Origin: Bacillota bacterium
GTDB lineage: Bacteria; Bacillota; Clostridia; Lachnospirales; Anaerotignaceae
Assembly (NCBI GenBank): GCA_021768705.1
Contig: JAETUG010000002.1
Coordinates: forward strand, 68,336 to 132,335
DNA length: 64,000 nucleotides
Direction of reading: 5' to 3'
Shown here: one piece after another, positions 61,613-64,000 of the stretch
How positions within the stretch are numbered: the first letter of the stretch is position 1
Layout: every line of letters starts with the position of its first letter
The notes under the pieces: model-generated
The model's database searches: none
The model's input: only the letters and a program-made list of their open reading frames with translations
What the model was told of the DNA's origin: nothing
Translations under genes and position numbers: made by a program

Positions 61613-62575
61613 TTAGTGGGTTGCGCCCACATTTTTCAGCCAGTTATTCAGCAGACCATGCTTATTTTCCAATTCACCAAATTTTCCAAACACAGGAATC
61701 GCCTTTGGAATGACCTTCACATCAAAAGGCATATCGGGGCCCATTTCCCCATCCACCGTAGATTCCATGATCTTAAAAGTCTCATCCAGACATTCAATTT
61801 TGAAATACTGATCCTTCAAATACAGCACGTTTTTATCATGGATATGCTCCCCTGTGATCATTTTCATCAGGACAGGGGTCATTTCGATGAGAGGTCGACC
61901 CTTGATGGCGATAAATTCAAATTCCCCATCGGTGATAGATGCTTCGGGGGAAAGATTCGTAAAACCGCCCGTTCCCGCAGAATTGAGGATCATATAGAAA
62001 TACAAGTCCTCCTCAATGACTTCCTTACTGGTGGTGATGCGGAAAGGAATCTTCCGAAACTGGGGAAGCTGTTCCACGCCTTTTAAATAGTAGGAAAGGC
62101 TACCCAAAGCATTTTTTACATCCTTATCCACCGTCTGGGAAACATTAGTAAAGAAACCACCGGCGCAGACGTTGATAAAGAAAATAGAATCATTCACCAA
62201 TCCCAAATCGATATCCACAGGCTTTGTGGAAACGATCGTCTTACAAACATCCTCCACCTGTCCGCTCTTAAAGCCCAAATAAGTGGCAAAGTCATTGGCT
62301 GTGCCGGAAGGGATGATGCCAAGAGGAATATGCAGTCCCCTTCTCATCATGGCATTCAGCACGATATTCACTGTACCATCCCCACCGGAGGCTACGATGA
62401 TATCATAATCAGGGTCCATCTGGGCAATATGCTTATCGATATCCCCGGGGTACAGGGTACGGAAGGGATGGACTTCATAGCCGCCTTCCTGAAAAATACC
62501 AATGCAGACATCCAGATCAAATTTAAAGCTTTTATTCCCGGAAAAGGGATTATAAAACAATTTCAGCTTTTTCAT
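61613..62575 (-). CDS. YegS/BmrU-family lipid (diacylglycerol) kinase
   Basis: NPFSG, GGDGT, PSGTANDFA, DGE. Confidence 0.9.
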   Translation of the reverse strand: MKKLKLFYNPFSGNKSFKFDLDVCIGIFQEGGYEVHPFRTLYPGDIDKHIAQMDPDYDIIVASGGDGTVNIVLNAMMRRGLHIPLGIIPSGTANDFATYLGFKSGQVEDVCKTIVSTKPVDIDLGLVNDSIFFINVCAGGFFTNVSQTVDKDVKNALGSLSYYLKGVEQLPQFRKIPFRITTSKEVIEEDLYFYMILNSAGTGGFTNLSPEASITDGEFEFIAIKGRPLIEMTPVLMKMITGEHIHDKNVLYLKDQYFKIECLDETFKIMESTVDGEMGPDMPFDVKVIPKAIPVFGKFGELENKHGLLNNWLKNVGATH

Positions 62576-62665
62576 ACAAAAACAACCTTCTTTCAAAAAG
62601 AAAATTTAACTTTCCTGCATGAAATGCAGCCACCCTGCTGCATGGCATTGACAAACACCTTCATA

Positions 62666-64000
62666 TCACATCTGTTCCGGTGCGGAAATGCCCAGCAGAC
62701 GCAGACCTTCCTTCAGGACAGTTTTCACTGCGACAACCACAGCCAGACGAGCCTGTCTGATTTCCGGTTCGCTGTTCAGGATAGGATTATCATGGTAGAA
62801 CTTATTGAAAGCCTGAGCGATGGCAACCAAGTGTCTTGTGACTACAGAAGGTTCCAGCTTTGCTGCTGCATCCTTGATCTTATCGGGGAAAGCCTCCAGC
62901 AGCTTGCAGACATCCAAAGATGCTTCATCGGACAGGGTCGTATAATCGATATTTTCGAAATTCAGCTCCCCTGCACGTTTCAGGATGGAGCAGGCACGGG
63001 CATGGGTATACTGTACGTAAGGACCTGTTTCGCCGTCAAAGTTGAGCATTCTTTCCCAAGAGAACACAACGTCTTTGATTCTTGTATTGTACAGGTCATT
63101 GAAGATGACAGCACCGATCCCAACCTGTTTTGCAATGGTTTCTTTATTTTCCAGATCAGGGTTCTTTTCTTCGATGATGCGTTTTGTTTCGGCGCAAGCC
63201 TGATTCAGCAGGTCTTCCATCAGGACAACATGTCCATGACGGGTAGAAAGCTTCCCACTATCCAGGGAAACCAGACCAAAGGGTACATGAACCAAATCTT
63301 TGTACCAATCGTAACCCATTTTATGGATAACTTCGAACCACTGCGCAAAGTGCAGGTTTTGATCCAGAGCAGTCAGGTAAATACACTTGTCGAAATTGTA
63401 TGTTTTCTTGCGGTACAGTGCCGCAGTGATATCTCTTGTGGCATACAGTGTGCCGCCGTCCTTACGAATAATCAGGCAGGGAGGCATATTTTTATCTTCC
63501 AGATCCACGATCATGGCACCTTCGGATTCTTTCAGCAAGCCTTTTTCCTTCAATTCTTCCACAACGGCATCCATTTTGTCATTGTAGAAGGATTCGCCGG
63601 TGTAAGCATCGAATTTCACACCCAACATTTCATAAACACGTTCAAATTCCTTGATGCTGATATCATAGAACCATTTCCATAAGGTCAGGGCTTCTTCGTC
63701 CCCTTCCTGCATTTTCACGAACCACAGACGAGCTTCATCGTCCATTTTCAGCTCAGGGTGCTTTTCTGCTTCATCATGGAACTTAACATAAATCCGCATC
63801 AGTTCCTGGATACCGTCTTTTTCCACTGCTTCCTTGCTGCCCCAGTTTTTATAGGCAACGATCAGCTTGCCGAACTGTGTGCCCCAGTCCCCCAGATGGT
63901 TGACACCTTCGCAATGGTAGCCCAGTTCTTCGTAAATCTTATAAATCGCATTACCGATTACCGTAGAACGCAGATGGCCTACATGGAAAGGCTTTGCGAT
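62666..64000 (-). CDS. argS: Arginine--tRNA ligase, 5' end outside the window
   Basis: AKPFHVGHLRST (HIGH motif) at the window edge, NHLGDWGTQFG, GETGPYVQYTHAR. Confidence 0.97.
   Translation of the reverse strand: MAKPFHVGHLRSTVIGNAIYKIYEELGYHCEGVNHLGDWGTQFGKLIVAYKNWGSKEAVEKDGIQELMRIYVKFHDEAEKHPELKMDDEARLWFVKMQEGDEEALTLWKWFYDISIKEFERVYEMLGVKFDAYTGESFYNDKMDAVVEELKEKGLLKESEGAMIVDLEDKNMPPCLIIRKDGGTLYATRDITAALYRKKTYNFDKCIYLTALDQNLHFAQWFEVIHKMGYDWYKDLVHVPFGLVSLDSGKLSTRHGHVVLMEDLLNQACAETKRIIEEKNPDLENKETIAKQVGIGAVIFNDLYNTRIKDVVFSWERMLNFDGETGPYVQYTHARACSILKRAGELNFENIDYTTLSDEASLDVCKLLEAFPDKIKDAAAKLEPSVVTRHLVAIAQAFNKFYHDNPILNSEPEIRQARLAVVVAVKTVLKEGLRLLGISAPEQM

Overview
Ordinary chromosomal DNA, close to the replication origin, from a spore-forming Clostridia (Lachnospirales-like) bacterium; the taxonomy is inferred from spoIIP, bofA/yaaL, a serS T-box and the gene order. 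Housekeeping content includes cdaA-cdaR-glmM, tRNA-Arg(CCT), a purF-like gene, a polyamine ABC operon, lysS-greA, PFOR (nifJ), proC, a MarR-RND efflux operon, serS, parAB with two perfect parS sites, and a partial argS. I found no integrase, transposase, prophage or CRISPR array. The most unusual signals are non-coding. (1) A dispersed family of modular short-loop hairpin repeats (5 copies) shows compensatory stem changes, shuffled or inverted modules and a sequence-variable but structure-conserved hairpin slot. It supplies stop codons to three genes and brackets, as an inverted pair, the VWA gene of a cytoplasmic LRR + VWA(DUF2201) + MoxR-like AAA operon. (2) Two orphan promoter-to-terminator transcription units look like sRNAs with C-rich loops, one overlaid by DnaA boxes. 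(3) There are two DnaA-box clusters. (4) There are two further small MITE-like repeat families. Notable proteins are a PotA with two inserted Ig-like repeats, a PurF lacking the N-terminal catalytic Cys, and gene relics collapsed by apparent microhomology deletions. All family assignments come from motif recognition by eye, not database searches.
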